A stretch of DNA of 63,155 nt, counting the filler, from Reclinomonas americana ATCC 50394 (lineage: Eukaryota), in NCBI GenBank assembly GCA_048213135.1. It is 12 parts of 12 records of this genome, joined end to end, with 100 filler letters (N's around TTAATTAATTAA, not from the genome) between each part and the next. Parts side by side here need not be neighbours in the genome. Positions count along the whole stretch, not along the records: positions 1 to 11,218 come from AFZH01019693.1; positions 11,319 to 12,874 come from AFZH01019696.1; 10 more parts are not named here. One strand, given 5' to 3'. Below the pieces are notes generated by a model. The model was not told the origin of the DNA. It did no database searches and worked only from the letters and a program-made list of their open reading frames with translations. The position numbers were made by a program, and so were the translations under genes. Shown piece by piece: positions 1-11,547 of this stretch (its first letter is position 1; each line of letters begins with the position of its first letter).

Positions 1-464
1 GTCCTATCCTTGGCCCCACTCACAACGCGCTGCCCGTCGGGGGTGACGGCGACAGCCCACAACAACCCGGCTTCCCACTGGAGACGCTTGGACGGCAAGA
101 GGAGAGGAAGTGGAGTGAGAGACATGTTGAGTGGTAAGTGATGAGCGACTCGTGTTGTGCGTGTGTGGACGGAGATAAGAGTGAGTCCTGTGTCAGGCGA
201 GAGACGACCGTCGCTCTCGGTTCGAATCGATCCCCCTCACCTGTGACGCTGCACGTGCTCCAGAGCCAGATACTGTAGTGCCTCTGCAGTAGCACTCACA
301 CGTGGGCTGCGAATCGTCGACGTCGGAACAATGCGGCGAGACGTCGACGTCGCGACTCGATCGCTGCTGGTCAGAAATGCTTTGTGCTTGCAGTACCTCA
401 TGCACGATATCTTACTCAGAGCATTAATTGGTCTATTCACCTTTGTGGACCTCTCAGCGGCTGC

Positions 465-2467
465 CTAACGAGCGTGCGTCGGAATCTCCACCACGTATTG
501 CACCACCCTCGCCGCAAACGCCCGCCGCTTCTCATACTCCCTCTGTCTCTCCTCAAACTCACTGTCACTCTCGGTATCCGTTCTCGTCGGCTCCTTGAAC
601 GCCACAACCGGTCCCTCCACCTCAAACCCCGGCATTGGGAAGATATCCGGCATGTCGAAGACGAAGCTCGACACCAGCCAGTACACGTGGACGGTTGCAG
701 AGGAGGCATAACGCTTGCCGGCCTTGGCCAGCACCGCTTCCACCACGGGCATCAAAGCAGCATTGCCCTTGTTGACCAGGCCCATATCGCCTTTGCAGTC
801 GACAGCGACGTTGGCGAACCAAAAGTGTCCACCGCGGCCGCTCTCCCCACGCGCATGCTCAAAGCCGATCACGTCAACGGCCTCGGCCTCGATGTTCTCC
901 CTCGCTGGTGCCCACAGCGTGCAGCTCCTGGCGGCCGTCTTCTTCAGCCGCAGCACTGCGGCATCTGTGGGATCGTCGGAACGCAGCACTTGACCAGGAG
1001 GCACATGCAGCACATCCTTCGCTGCTGCACGGTTTCGTCTCTTGGTATGGACACTCGATGGCAAGCGGCGACGACGGAACACGCCACCCAGGCGCAGCCA
1101 ACGAATTGCATACAGCTGCATGATCTCGCCACGCAGGTGTGCCGTCAGCTGGACACCGCCAAACGACGACAGGAAGCGGGACAAATCCTTGTCGCCGCGC
1201 CGTGTTACCAGCTCCTCCACCACGAGGCCGCGCGCGTAGTTCGAGACAAAGTCCACGGCGATGCATCGAAAGTTTCCTTCGTCAATCCTCAACTTGAACA
1301 GCGTTGACACCACAGAGTCGTACGAATACGAATCACAGTTGACCATGATGTCGTCAAGGAGATATAGCGTCTTGCCGTTCACACGCTGCGCAGCCGAGCG
1401 CAGCATGTTCACGGCGTCGGTGTCGAACTGCAGCACCAGGCGTGGCACGCCGCCCACCAGGCCGTACAACTCGCGCACCCGCTCTTCAGTGCGATGTCGG
1501 AATGCAGCCTCACGCAGCTGCTGCAGCTCCTCCAGTGAGTACGCCGGCAGGTAACTGATCTGAGTGTGGGGCAAGTTGACAAAGTGCTTGTGGGCGCGCA
1601 GACTGGCCGAGGTGACGAGGATGGTGGGCAGCGACAGCATGGGAGGCAGGGAGACGTTGTCGCAAACATGAACACCATCGCGATGCGCCGCAGTCCACGC
1701 CCCCTGCTCAAGATCTGCCACCGTCCACACGCCCTCGTCCGTAAAGGCCACAGAGGGGTTGTTGAGGCGCGTATACATCACTGGACGGCCATCCTGGCGC
1801 AGGCGGTAGAGGAGGTAGAGGCCAAACGCCGATGTGCCAATCCCCGACGTGCCAGTGATCAACCAGCTCTTCGCTCTCTGGGTCTTGTCGGCCTCGAGCT
1901 CGGCCCAGGAAGGCACCTTGCGCAGGATGTCGGTGTAGAAGCGCTCGTAAACGTCGCGCACGAAAAGCACGGGCGAGTGGAGGTGCAGCCACGGTGTCTT
2001 GTTGGGAAGCACGAGCATGGAGCCAACGCGCTTCGCATTCGCCATGGTGCCATGAAGCTGTTGCATGCTGATGTTGGCTGGCGAGATCCTCGAGCTCTCT
2101 GTGCACCACCGACACCACAAATGAGAGACTAGTGGGGGCATGAACTGTACGCTGTGGGCACTGAACTGGTGATTTGTTGGAGCAGTCCAACTTGGAGACC
2201 AAGCAGTTTGAGTGCCGTCTCGCGCAGCTGCAGCTTCCCGTTGCGCAGGTTCTGTATTTCGGTGGCGCTGAGCGAGGGCATCGTCGTCAGCTGAGACTCC
2301 ACGTCCTTGATCTGGCGCTTCACGTCTCCCAACCACGCTTTCACGCACTCCCAATCATCACTGAAATCGAATGCGGAGGCGGAGGCGGAGGAGGAGGAGG
2401 AGAATGCTACGCATGTGTGCGCGTGTGTGTTTAAGCAGGTGGGTAGGCTAATGATGCAGGGTGGCAT
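465..2467 (-). CDS. Crinkler/RHS (CR)-like effector: helical N-terminal header, P-loop NTPase-like domain and degenerate restriction-endonuclease-like C-terminal domain
   Basis: ORF 465-2354 shows the CRN/RHS motif order: LFVRDVYERFY, WLITGTSGIGTSAFGLYLLYRL (Walker A-like), ILVTS, YLPAYSLEELQQLR, LYGLVGGVPRLVL, then LWAPARENIEAEAVDVI. A coiled-coil segment (DVKRQIKDVESQL...LQLRETALKLL) in ORF 2129-2467 is probably joined by a short intron near 2100-2165. The start is uncertain. Confidence 0.7.
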
Positions 2468-3308
2468 GCCTCACCCGCACGAAGAGGTGGTGGATGCAAG
2501 AGGAGTCGAAACGTGCTCGAGCGAGAAACCTGCAGGAATGTTGTTCGTCATGATCAGCAATTGCAAGTTGGAGGAGAGTGAGAGTGGTGTGAGGTGCCAC
2601 GCAGTACCAGAGAGGAGACGGAATGACGGCTGCAGAGCAGCATGGTCATCACGCAGTGGAGGGCCGTGGAGGAGTGTCGTCCCACCATGACAACCCGTTG
2701 TGTAAAGTGAGAGCGACCAGTTTTACTCGAGTGTTCGCCGACGCTGTGCTACGTACAGGTCGCTGCTTCTCAGTAGTCGCAACGATGAGCGATTGTGAGG
2801 GAAGCACCGAATGCAGCGCAACGTCGCATGAGATCCCGACCAATCGATATCGCAATATCGACTTCCGAATTCGGCAATATTCTGTGCAAGTGGTTGCATC
2901 AAGCAGACGACAGGGGCTATCCACTGGTCATGCAGTGTAAGCAGTGGTGCTGCATATCGTCGAAACTGATGTGCATTGATATCGATACAGTTTGCATGCA
3001 CGTTGCGCGAATGCACTGATCACGAGTGACGCGCATTGCCGTGCTCTCTCAACTCCCCGCCATCGTTCCCCAGACCCCTCCTCTCCCCTCCTCTCCACAC
3101 TCTCTCCTCCCCACATTTGGTGCACCGCTGCATCACTGCCAACAGAAACCCCATCGCCAGTGCTATTAATAACCATGTGTCCTCCATAAATATCTCTCGT
3201 CGATATCATCGACACTCATCGATCAAGTTCTTCCACTTGTCTGCTGAGAGCAGGCAAAAGACTCCACTCATCCAACACCACCCAAAGAATCCAATCTCCC
3301 TTTCCCAC

Positions 3309-4177
3309 ATGCCGATCCAATACGCCGCGATCGCCGAGAACACCGAGATCCTCGCCGAGGTCTCACACGGCAAGGACGCCGATGACTTTCCTCAGATCGG
3401 TGTGTGTGCATCCCTCTCCCTCTCTCTCCCTCTCTCCTCTATCACTCACATGCATGCACGCAGCGCGTCACGTGGTGCGCAAGCTGGAGCAGCGCAATCA
3501 GATCCGCTCGCTGACGCACGGCAACATGATGGTGCACGTCAAGGTGTCGGGCTCGTACGTGTTCCTGTGTGTGGCCGACGGCACCATGCCGATGCGCATC
3601 TGCTTCGCGTTCCTCGACAACATCGAGTCGAAGACGCCGTCGCGGTCCATGAAGAAGACGCTCCGTCAGGCGGTGGTGAGTGATCATGAGAGGGAGAGAG
3701 AGGTCCCCTGCAGATCAGTGATGCTGATGCTGCCGGTGTTGCACACAGACGCACTTCAACGACCCCAAGTCGGATGCCATTCTGCGAGTGATGGGCGAGA
3801 CCGAGGAGGTCAAGCAGCTGATGCTGAAGAATATCGGTGAGTGTCACTCTGCCTTGCAATGCAATGCCAATCATCGCAGCGTGCACTCACTCTTTGTCCA
3901 CTGCAGATCGTCTGCTGGAGCGTGGTGAGCGTCTGGACTCGCTGCTGAGCAAGACCGACGATCTGGCGCGCTTGTCGGACGACTACCGCAAGAAGGCCAA
4001 GGCGGTGAAGAAGACGTTTTGCTTGAATTACTTCAAGAGTTTCGTGATGCGCGCTGTGAAGTAGTGATGCGCGCACACGCGATGCTGACTGCCATCTCTC
4101 TGTGCACAGGGATCGCTTGCTTGACGGCGACTGGTGTGGCGACCGTGGGCACGGTGCTGCTCATTGTGCTGTTGTAA
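3309..4177 (+). CDS. VAMP7: Longin-domain R-SNARE (VAMP7-like), 5 exons
   Basis: MPIQYAAIAENTEILAE start; longin core YVFLCVADGTMPMRICFAFLDNI; R-SNARE motif EEVKQLMLKNI/DRLLERGERLDSLLSKTDDL; C-terminal TM anchor IACLTATGVATVGTVLLIVLL with stop at 4175-4177. GT-AG introns restore the frame. Confidence 0.85.
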
Positions 4178-4360
4178 TCGTGACTCTGCCTCCACCACTC
4201 TGTTTATTGTTTTGCTGTTATAACTAATCGAACTATAGACTATGTGTGTGAAGAACACACTGTTGTCGTTGTTGTAAAAATGTAAGACTACTGCATAGAA
4301 TTCGTTCTCGATCGTCATGCTTCACTTGCATCCACTGCTCGGCAATCTCTCGGCGCCTCG

Positions 4361-5466
4361 TCACAGATGCATACCGGGATCAGTGACACACCGATGCACC
4401 ACAACCGCAGAGTCCTCCACGATAAAGCACCGCAGTGCCATCTCTGGCAGGCAACGCGAATCCACCTCATCGTCAGCCATCAGTGAGCGCTGCATCTCTT
4501 GCACAGCATGAAGCGCAGAGCGAGCAGTGTGCAGTTCGAGACGGGCGGCACCGCAAGGTGTCGACCACACTCGAATAGACACAGTGCACCTATTGTCTTC
4601 GTTGGTCGCACCCACAATGTGCTGGCCGTCGGGAGTGACGGCGACAGCTGCCACCCACCCGGTCTGCACGTCCAGCTTTCGCACCTCCTCTCCGCTAGCC
4701 AGTGACCACACCCGCACTGTGCAGTCCCGGCTCCCGCTCACAACATGCTGGCCATCGGGGGTGACGGTGACGGATAGCACTTCTTCGGTGTGTCCCTTCA
4801 GCCGTCGCACTTCTCTTCCACTCGTCAGCGACCACAGTCGGAGTGTCTTGTCATCACTCCCAGTCACAATGTGCCGACCGTCGGGAGTGACCGAGATAGA
4901 CTGCACCTTCTTTGTATGCCCTCGCATTCGTCGCACCTCCTCTCCACTCGCCAGTGACCACACACGCACCGTCTCGTCTGTACCTCCGCTGACAACGTGC
5001 CGACCATCGGGAGTGACGGCAACAGACAACACACCATTAAAGTGTCCCTTCATCTGTCGAACTTCATCGCCAGTGGCCAGAGACCACAATCGCACTGTCT
5101 CGTCACCACTTCCACTCACGGCATGTTTGCCGTCGGGGGTGACCGCGACGCAGTAAACTCTCGTTGTGTGTCCCTCCAGCCGTCGCACCTCCTCACCACT
5201 CTCCACAGACCACACTCGCAGAGTGAAGTCTGCACTCGCGCTGATGACGTGCTTGTATCATCGGGAGTGACGGCGACACAATACACCTGTCCAGTGTGCC
5301 CTTCCAGTCGCCGCACTTCTCTTCGGCTCCTCAGACAGCAAACTGGCGATGAGTTACCTACACTTCCGCCGATGACGTATTGCCCGTCGGGGGTTATGGC
5401 AACAGACCACAACAACCATTGTACCCACTCGAACTGCATCGATGGAAGGAGGGGAGGAAGTGACAT
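4361..5466 (-). CDS. Intronless WD40-repeat protein with near-identical 42-aa repeats; apparent frameshift near 5255 (pseudogene or sequencing error)
   Basis: Repeats of GH..V.SVAVTPDG.HVVSGS.D.TVRVWSL.SG.EVR at a 126-nt period. The first repeats lie in the frame of ORF 5116-5577 and the rest in ORF 4361-5215. Confidence 0.85.
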
Positions 5467-5525
5467 GCTGAATGACTCTGCAGAAGGAGTGCGTGTGTGT
5501 GTGAAAGAGGGAGACTTTACGAGAG

Positions 5526-5526
<1 letters not shown>

Positions 5527-5560
<34 letters not shown>
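5527..5560. repeat. (TG)n microsatellite between the divergent WD40 genes
   Basis: Perfect TG dinucleotide run. Confidence 0.95.
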
Positions 5561-5562
<2 letters not shown>

Positions 5563-5645
5563 TGCGTGCAGTGACACAACAGAGATCGAGTGTCCCGCTC
5601 TCGTCCTTCTCTCTCTTCCCTCGCTCCCTCCTTCCTTATCTCCCC

Positions 5646-7917
5646 ATGTGGCGCTCCATCATCACCACCACCATTGGCCCTTCTGGGAGCACCACCATCC
5701 TTCGCTCACAAGGCACCATGCTCGCCGTCGACGAGACACACACACAGCCGGTGACATGGGTCTCCACGTGCGACAACCGCGTCGCCACATGCAGCTCTGA
5801 TGGCATCATTCGCGTGTTCCAGGTCACCGACAACGACGACACTGATGAGCTGCATCCGTGTGTGGAGTTGACACACTCCTTTCGTGCTTCGTTGACTGCG
5901 CCTGTGCTGCGCGTGCTCTTTGTGGACGAGTGGCGATTGGTGTCGGGCAGTGGTGGAGTCCTAGATGTCAGTGATTTCAGTGTGCAGCTATGGGATCTGG
6001 CCTCCTCGTCTGCACAGGAGAGTGTGTGGTGCGCGTACGGGCATTCGTCGTATGTGTCTGCACTGGCCGCATCATCATCGTCACTGTTGGGAATGGTGGT
6101 GTCGGGATCGGGCGATCGGACGGTGCGTGTATGGGATGCGGCCACTGGCAACGCGGTGCATGTGATGGAGGGACACGAGGGACCCGTGCGGGCACTGGTG
6201 GTGGTCGAGCAGCGCGCGCAGGTGATTAGCGCGTCGGATGATTGCACGTTGCGGTGGTGGTCACTGGTGAGTGGTGAGTGCGTGCGCGTGTTGCGCGTGG
6301 ACTCGTCGTCGTCGTCGTCGCCCGCTTCCGCAGTGTCGGCCATGGCCCTGGCGCCGGCTCCACACACCGATACGTTGATCACGGGGCAGCGCGATGGCAC
6401 CGTGCAGTGGTGGTCGCTCTCCGACGAGGACGGCGACGATAGTCGGTGTAAGATTGTGAGGCAGCGCAGGGTGCAGGATCCGGCGACGGCGGTGGTCAGT
6501 TCGATGGCGTTCTCCGTGGATGGGGCGTTGGTGACGAGTGCGGCGTGGGGTGAGGAGGGGGTGGAGGGGAAAGGGGGGAAAGTGGTAAGAGGAGGGGGAA
6601 AGGAGAATAAGGGGATGAGAAGAAATGGAATCTTTTCCGTCAGGCTTGTCTCTTTTCTTTTCGCGCTTTCTCCGTGTTGCATGCTACCTTCGTCGCCTGT
6701 TCTCTCATCTGCTTTCCTCCTCTTCCTGCTCTTTGGCTCATCCTCTTCTCCGTGGCCTCCCTTGCAGGCGGGTTTATTCCCTGCGTCCTCCTTGACTTGT
6801 CTTCCCTCTTTTCACACTGCTCCTTCTCTGTCTTTACTTCTCTCTTTTTTTCTTTCTCTCTCTCTCTGTGTGTTTTGCTTGCTGCTCCATCGCTCGTTTG
6901 TGTCACCGCTGCTTCTTATCTTTCTTTTGTTCTTTTCCTCCTCCTCCTCCTCCTCTTCTTCTTCTTCTCCGTCTCCTCGTTCCCCTCTTCTCTCTTCTCT
7001 TCTCCTCCTTGTTTTTCTTCTATTTTTCCTGTCCCCCTTGATCATCTTCTCTTCTTATGCGCTCTGCTGCTTCACTTCTACTGTCGCTGTTGCGTTTCTT
7101 TGCCTTCTCCTGTTCTCAACTTCCTGTTCTTCTCCTTGTTTTCCTCTTCCTTTTGCACCTCTTCCTCGTTCTCCTCTTTTCTCATCCTCGCTCTCCTCAA
7201 GCTCTTTTTCTCGTGCTCGTCTATCTCTCCTCCTCTTCCTCATTCCTCCTTCTCTCTCTCCTTTCCTGCTCCTCATTACTTGCCGCAGACGGCCTAGTTC
7301 GCGTGTTCAACGTGGCCAGTGGCCGCCTCATGGTGGCTCTCGGCGTGCACTTTGGCCCGGCCTACGCGTCCGCGTTCTTGGGCGACGGACGAATCGTCAG
7401 CGTATCATTCGATACCACCCTCCGCGTGTGGGGCCAAGGTCCGCGTGTGTTTCTGTCCGTGCTCTTTTTTCTCCGCGGGCGCCGACAACGACATGGGCTG
7501 CTTCTGCTCACGCCACCACCTCCACTCCAACACAGAGTGGAACCCGGCGTGGTGCAGCCGACAAGAATGGCTGTCGGCCAGTCGCGCAGTCGACGCTCTC
7601 GCGCAGTTGACGACGACCACCCCAGACACACGATGTCGCACAGCTGCAGCACCGCCAGCCGACCTCGGGTACACCGACGAGGACGACGACGACAAGCAAA
7701 ACCGAGAACCACTGCCACGACTTGTACTTCGGTGCTTTGTACGCGAGGAGGCGAGATTACTGGCCATGCACGCGGACAGTTGCGGTTTCTGCTGTCACAG
7801 GCAAAAGAGAAAAGGCGCTTACTTTGTACATTGCACACACACACAGTGCTGCAGTTCGTGGCCACACCGGAGAACGTCGACAGTGACGAGACAACGCCTG
7901 CGTCCTCCAGCGATTGA
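5646..7917 (+). CDS. WD40-repeat protein, 4 exons
   Basis: GHSSYVSAL...VVSGSGDRTVRVWD, GHEGPVRAL...ISASDDCTLRWW, IVSVSFDTTLRVW. Introns at about 6550-7288, 7439-7534 and 7779-7845 give a continuous frame ending MLQFVATPENVDSDETTPASSSD*. Confidence 0.8.
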
Positions 7918-7951
7918 TTGTGTAAGAAAAGATAGTGTAAAGAAAAACGAT

Positions 7952-10170
7952 ATGCTTCGTGTTGAGCAAGAGCGTCAACGAGTGGCGACTTTGCGAGAGG
8001 AAGTGCGTGCGTTGGAGGCACAAGAGGCAGAGTGGGAAAAGCTGGAGTTGCGCGCGCGTGAGTGTGTGAGAAAGAGAGAGAATGTTGTGCTCATTGGTCG
8101 TTCAACAGTGCTGCTCTGCTGCGTGCCAACACACTCACACAGACTGCTCCACGTGTGCAAGAGAAAGAGGACTTCTCCTCCTCTGACAAAGACGATCTAT
8201 CACTGATTGGACTGAGCGAGCTCATTGGAGACATTGAGTTGCATCGCGTGCGCTCCTCACTGACTGGCGGAGGAGGAGGGAGCAACACAACTCTGCGCAG
8301 AGTGTTGGAGGCTGCTGGCCACTGTAAAGCCGACCGTAAACACGTGTGCTTTAGCGTGGCCGTGGAGACTGATGAGCGGAGGGAGCGGGTGTGGGGAGTG
8401 CGCGTGCGAGTGCCTGCGTGGGTGCGCGAGGAGATTGGGAGCTTTCTGGGCGAGTGTGTTCGTGCGCGTGACGTGCGGGTGTTGGTGCGGGGACTGGCGT
8501 CGTTTGCGGTGTTGTCGAGGGAGCGGCGTGAGGCGGTGCGCGAGTTGGAGGAGGAGTTTGGGAGGGGGGTGAGGCGCAGGTCGGAGAATGCACAGGTGGT
8601 GTGGTTGGAGATGGGTGGCGGGTGAGTAAGGAGGGGAAAGGGGGAAGGGGAAAGGGGGTAAAGGGGGAGAGGATTGATTGAACTCCGCTTCCTGTTCTTC
8701 TGAGAGGGTTTGCTGCTTCATGTCTGTAGGAGAGAGGTGTGTGTGCGTGTGTTGTTTTGTTTTGTTTTGGTTCCCTTCTCTGTGATTTTGGAGGCTTGCC
8801 TGCATGTTTGCTGTCGTTCTTCCGAGGATGTATCTGCGCGAGAAGGTGTTCTTACTCGTGTTTCTCTGTCCTTCGTTTGGCACTTCGTTGGAGAGGCTTG
8901 ACTGAAGGCGCCTTTCTTCTTCTTCTCCCTTGTCTTTCTGAGCGAGGGGAAGTGGGCAACAAGGGCTGCGTCTGCGTCTAGTACCATTCCGTGCTCCTGT
9001 GTGAAGAGGCTTCGGTTCTGTCTTTATCCTTCTCGAGTGCTCCGAGTAAGCGTGGTGGGGCGAGGTGTGAGTGGGCGGGAAAGTGTGGCAGTCCCTTTTT
9101 GTGTTCGTGCTTGCAGAGGCTTGAGTAGCGGCGCCTTTCTTCCTCCTTATCGCTTCGAGAAAGAAGGTGTTCATGTTTCCAAGTAAGCGAGGGAGTGGGG
9201 CGCGATAGTTTGTGTCTTGTACTCTAGTTGTGTTCGTACTTGGAGAGGCTGTGTTGGAGGCGCTTTCTGCTCGAAGAAGAAGGTGTGTGTGCTTCAAGTC
9301 AGTAGGGTGTGGGCGCGATTGTTTGCGTCTGTTTTCTCTGTTTTGTGCTCGTACTTGGAGAGGCTTGAGTGGTGGGGCCTTTCTTCCTCCTCCTCTCTTC
9401 GAGAAAGAAGGTGTGCATGTTTCCAAGTAAGCGAGGGAGGGGGCGAGAACTTGTGCCTTTACTGCTGCAAAGTACCTCTTTGTGCTCGTGCTTCGAGTGA
9501 CTTGAGGTGTTGCCTTTCTCCATCTTCTTCCTCCTTCCGAGGATGCGTCTGTGACGGGTCGAGGGGGTGTGCTTTCTTCTGCTCTGTCCTTCTTTGTGCT
9601 CTGCTTCGAGATCTGTGGAGGCACGTTCCTCTCTCCTGCTCTTCCAGTTCGCACACTTGAGCGTGTTGCAGAGTAAAGCATGCGTCTGTTGCTCTGTCAC
9701 CTCGTGCTTGCCTCCACCTCCTTTCCTCTCTTTTCCCTCGTGCTCTTCTTCCTCTCCAGGAAGAAGAGAGTGTACTTGGCTCTTGCTGCCCTCTTTGCTC
9801 ATCCTCTTCTTCCTCCCAATCTCCTTCCTTCGTCTCTCTCTCTCTCTCCCTCGCTCTCTTCTTCTGCCCTCACCTTCGCCTCTCCCACAGCATGAACTTT
9901 GTGCTGCGCTGGACCATCTCCGTCTCCACTATTGGCGTTGCCTTTGCTTCCGTCCAGTTGTATCCACGAGGTGAAGGCTTCCCTGCCACACCAGAAAATC
10001 AAGCTGACTGGCTTATTTATTTTTCTTCGTGCACAGTGGCCGCCACCCACCACGACGATAGCTTGCGGAGGGCAGCTGAGACCCTCGCGGCACGATTCCC
10101 CGATCTGGTCAAGCTCAACGGCGCCGCCGCCGCCGTCATGTCCATCTGCCACCTGACAAGGAGGCGGTGA
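7952..10170 (+). CDS. CENPP: Probable centromere protein P (CENP-P/Ctf19-like, double-RWD), 4 exons
   Basis: An N-terminal coiled coil is followed by FSVAVET...VRVRVPAWVREEIGSFLGECVRARDVRVLVRGLASFAVLSRERREAVRELEEEF, MNFVLRWTISVSTIGVAF and AAETLAARFPDLVKLNGAAAAVMSI. This follows the motif order I recall for CENP-P; recognised by eye only. Confidence 0.6.
8880..9500. repeat. Imperfect tandem repeat inside the long CENP-P-like intron
   Basis: GAGGCTTGAGT...TTTCTTCCTCCT...CTTCGAGAAAGAAGGTGT.CATGTTTCCAAGTAAGCGAGGGA occurs at ~9116 and ~9360, with partial units at ~8890 and ~9243. Confidence 0.8.
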
Positions 10171-11218
10171 GAGAATGAATGAGCCACTCGTGCTGCAGGT
10201 GTGTTGCGTGGGTGGGAGGTTAGAGCGGGTAGGATATTTCAAAGAGTGTCGTATTTGTGGGGCGGTGTGCCATGTCCATGTGCCAGCGTCCATTTTTTAC
10301 TTGACCCCGATTCATTTCTCTCCGTCTCCCTTCTCCTCCTCCTCTCACTCGCACTCGTGTGCTCCTCCGTTGGCTTGCATTTCTTCCACTCTCCCTCGTT
10401 TCACTTTCATCCTGCGTGTTCGGCCAGATGCAGCGGCGTGGATGCCATGGTTTTCTTCGTGGAGTGTTCTGAGAGCGCGTGTGAGCCGCCATCATTCTCC
10501 CCGCTGCGTGGTCTTTCTTCCGCGTCACCTATTCCCTGTTTTGCATGTTTCATGCATACTAGGAGGCCATGTCCTTTATTCTCATTCTTGCTTCGGTCCC
10601 CTCCTCCCCTCGCTGCCTCCCACTCCCCCACCTGCGCTCTCTTTCCAGCCTGTGCTTCTCATGTGCGCCTGTTTTGCATGTTCATGCAAATTAGGAGGCC
10701 ATGTCCTCGTTTATTTGTTCCGATCCTTGCATCGCTGCCTTCTTCTCAGCCTCTCTCTCTCTCTCTCTCCCACCTGCGCTCTCTTTGCATCCTGTGTCTC
10801 GCACGCGAGTTGCCTGTTTTGCATGTCATGTCTCCGTTTGTCATTTTCACCCCTTCCCTTTCTTCCCCTTCCTTCTCTCCCTCTCTCCCTCTCTCTCCCT
10901 CTCTCTCCCTCTCTCTCCCTCTCTCTCCTCCTCCTCTTCCTCCTCCTCCTCCTTCTCCCTTCTCCATCCTCCTTCCTGCATCTCTCATGCACTCATTGCC
11001 TGTTTTGCATGTCACATCCCCGTTTGTCTGTTCCTATTCTTCCTTTTTCTCCCTCTCCCTGTCTTCTCCCCTCTTCCTCCCTTCTCCTGCCTCCCCCCTC
11101 CCTCTCCCTCCTCCGCTTCCATGCTCGTTGCCTTTCTCGCCTCCATTTTTCCTAATTTGGCATTTAGACGAGAACGTTTGATGCACTGCAACACCACCAC
11201 CCACCACCCACCGATCGT

Positions 11219-11318
11219 NNNNNNNNNNNNNNNNNNNNNNNNNNNNNNNNNNNNNNNNNNNNTTAATTAATTAANNNNNNNNNNNNNNNNNNNNNNNNNN
11301 NNNNNNNNNNNNNNNNNN
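11219..11318. other. Artificial 100-nt assembly spacer; also at 12875, 15928, 27477, 35007, 46152, 49589, 50860, 55819, 59111 and 61036
   Basis: Identical N-run + TTAATTAATTAA + N-run structure at eleven places, with stops in all six frames. Confidence 0.97.
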
Positions 11319-11547
11319 TCTTTCTCTCTCTTCAGTCTCCGCCCTTCGCTCCTCTTCCCACGTCGTCTTTCACCCTCTCCCTCCTCCCGTTGTTGTACTG
11401 CTCTCCTCACCTTCTCATTCCCTACTCATCTTCACACTCCTTCGCCCTGTCCGCCCCCCTTTGCAATCCTTCAATCTCCAGCACTTCCCACTTCTTCTTC
11501 CCTGTCCTCCTCCCATCCCTCATCCCTTCCCCTTTCCCTCTTTACAG

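Noticed and set aside
2840..3225. ATCGAT/GATATC clusters (including TATCGATA at 2980) as promoter elements
   Set aside because: Short palindromes with no independent support for function from sequence alone.
10175..11270. Long Leu/Ser/Pro/Phe-rich or Arg/Glu/Gly-rich ORFs here and at 6600-7300, 24500-25800 and 49633-50300
   Set aside because: Translations of CT/GA low-complexity intronic or intergenic tracts that lack stops by composition.
11263..11274. Palindromic TTAATTAATTAA recurring eleven times
   Set aside because: Always centred in a fixed-length N spacer; it is an assembly linker, not biological sequence.
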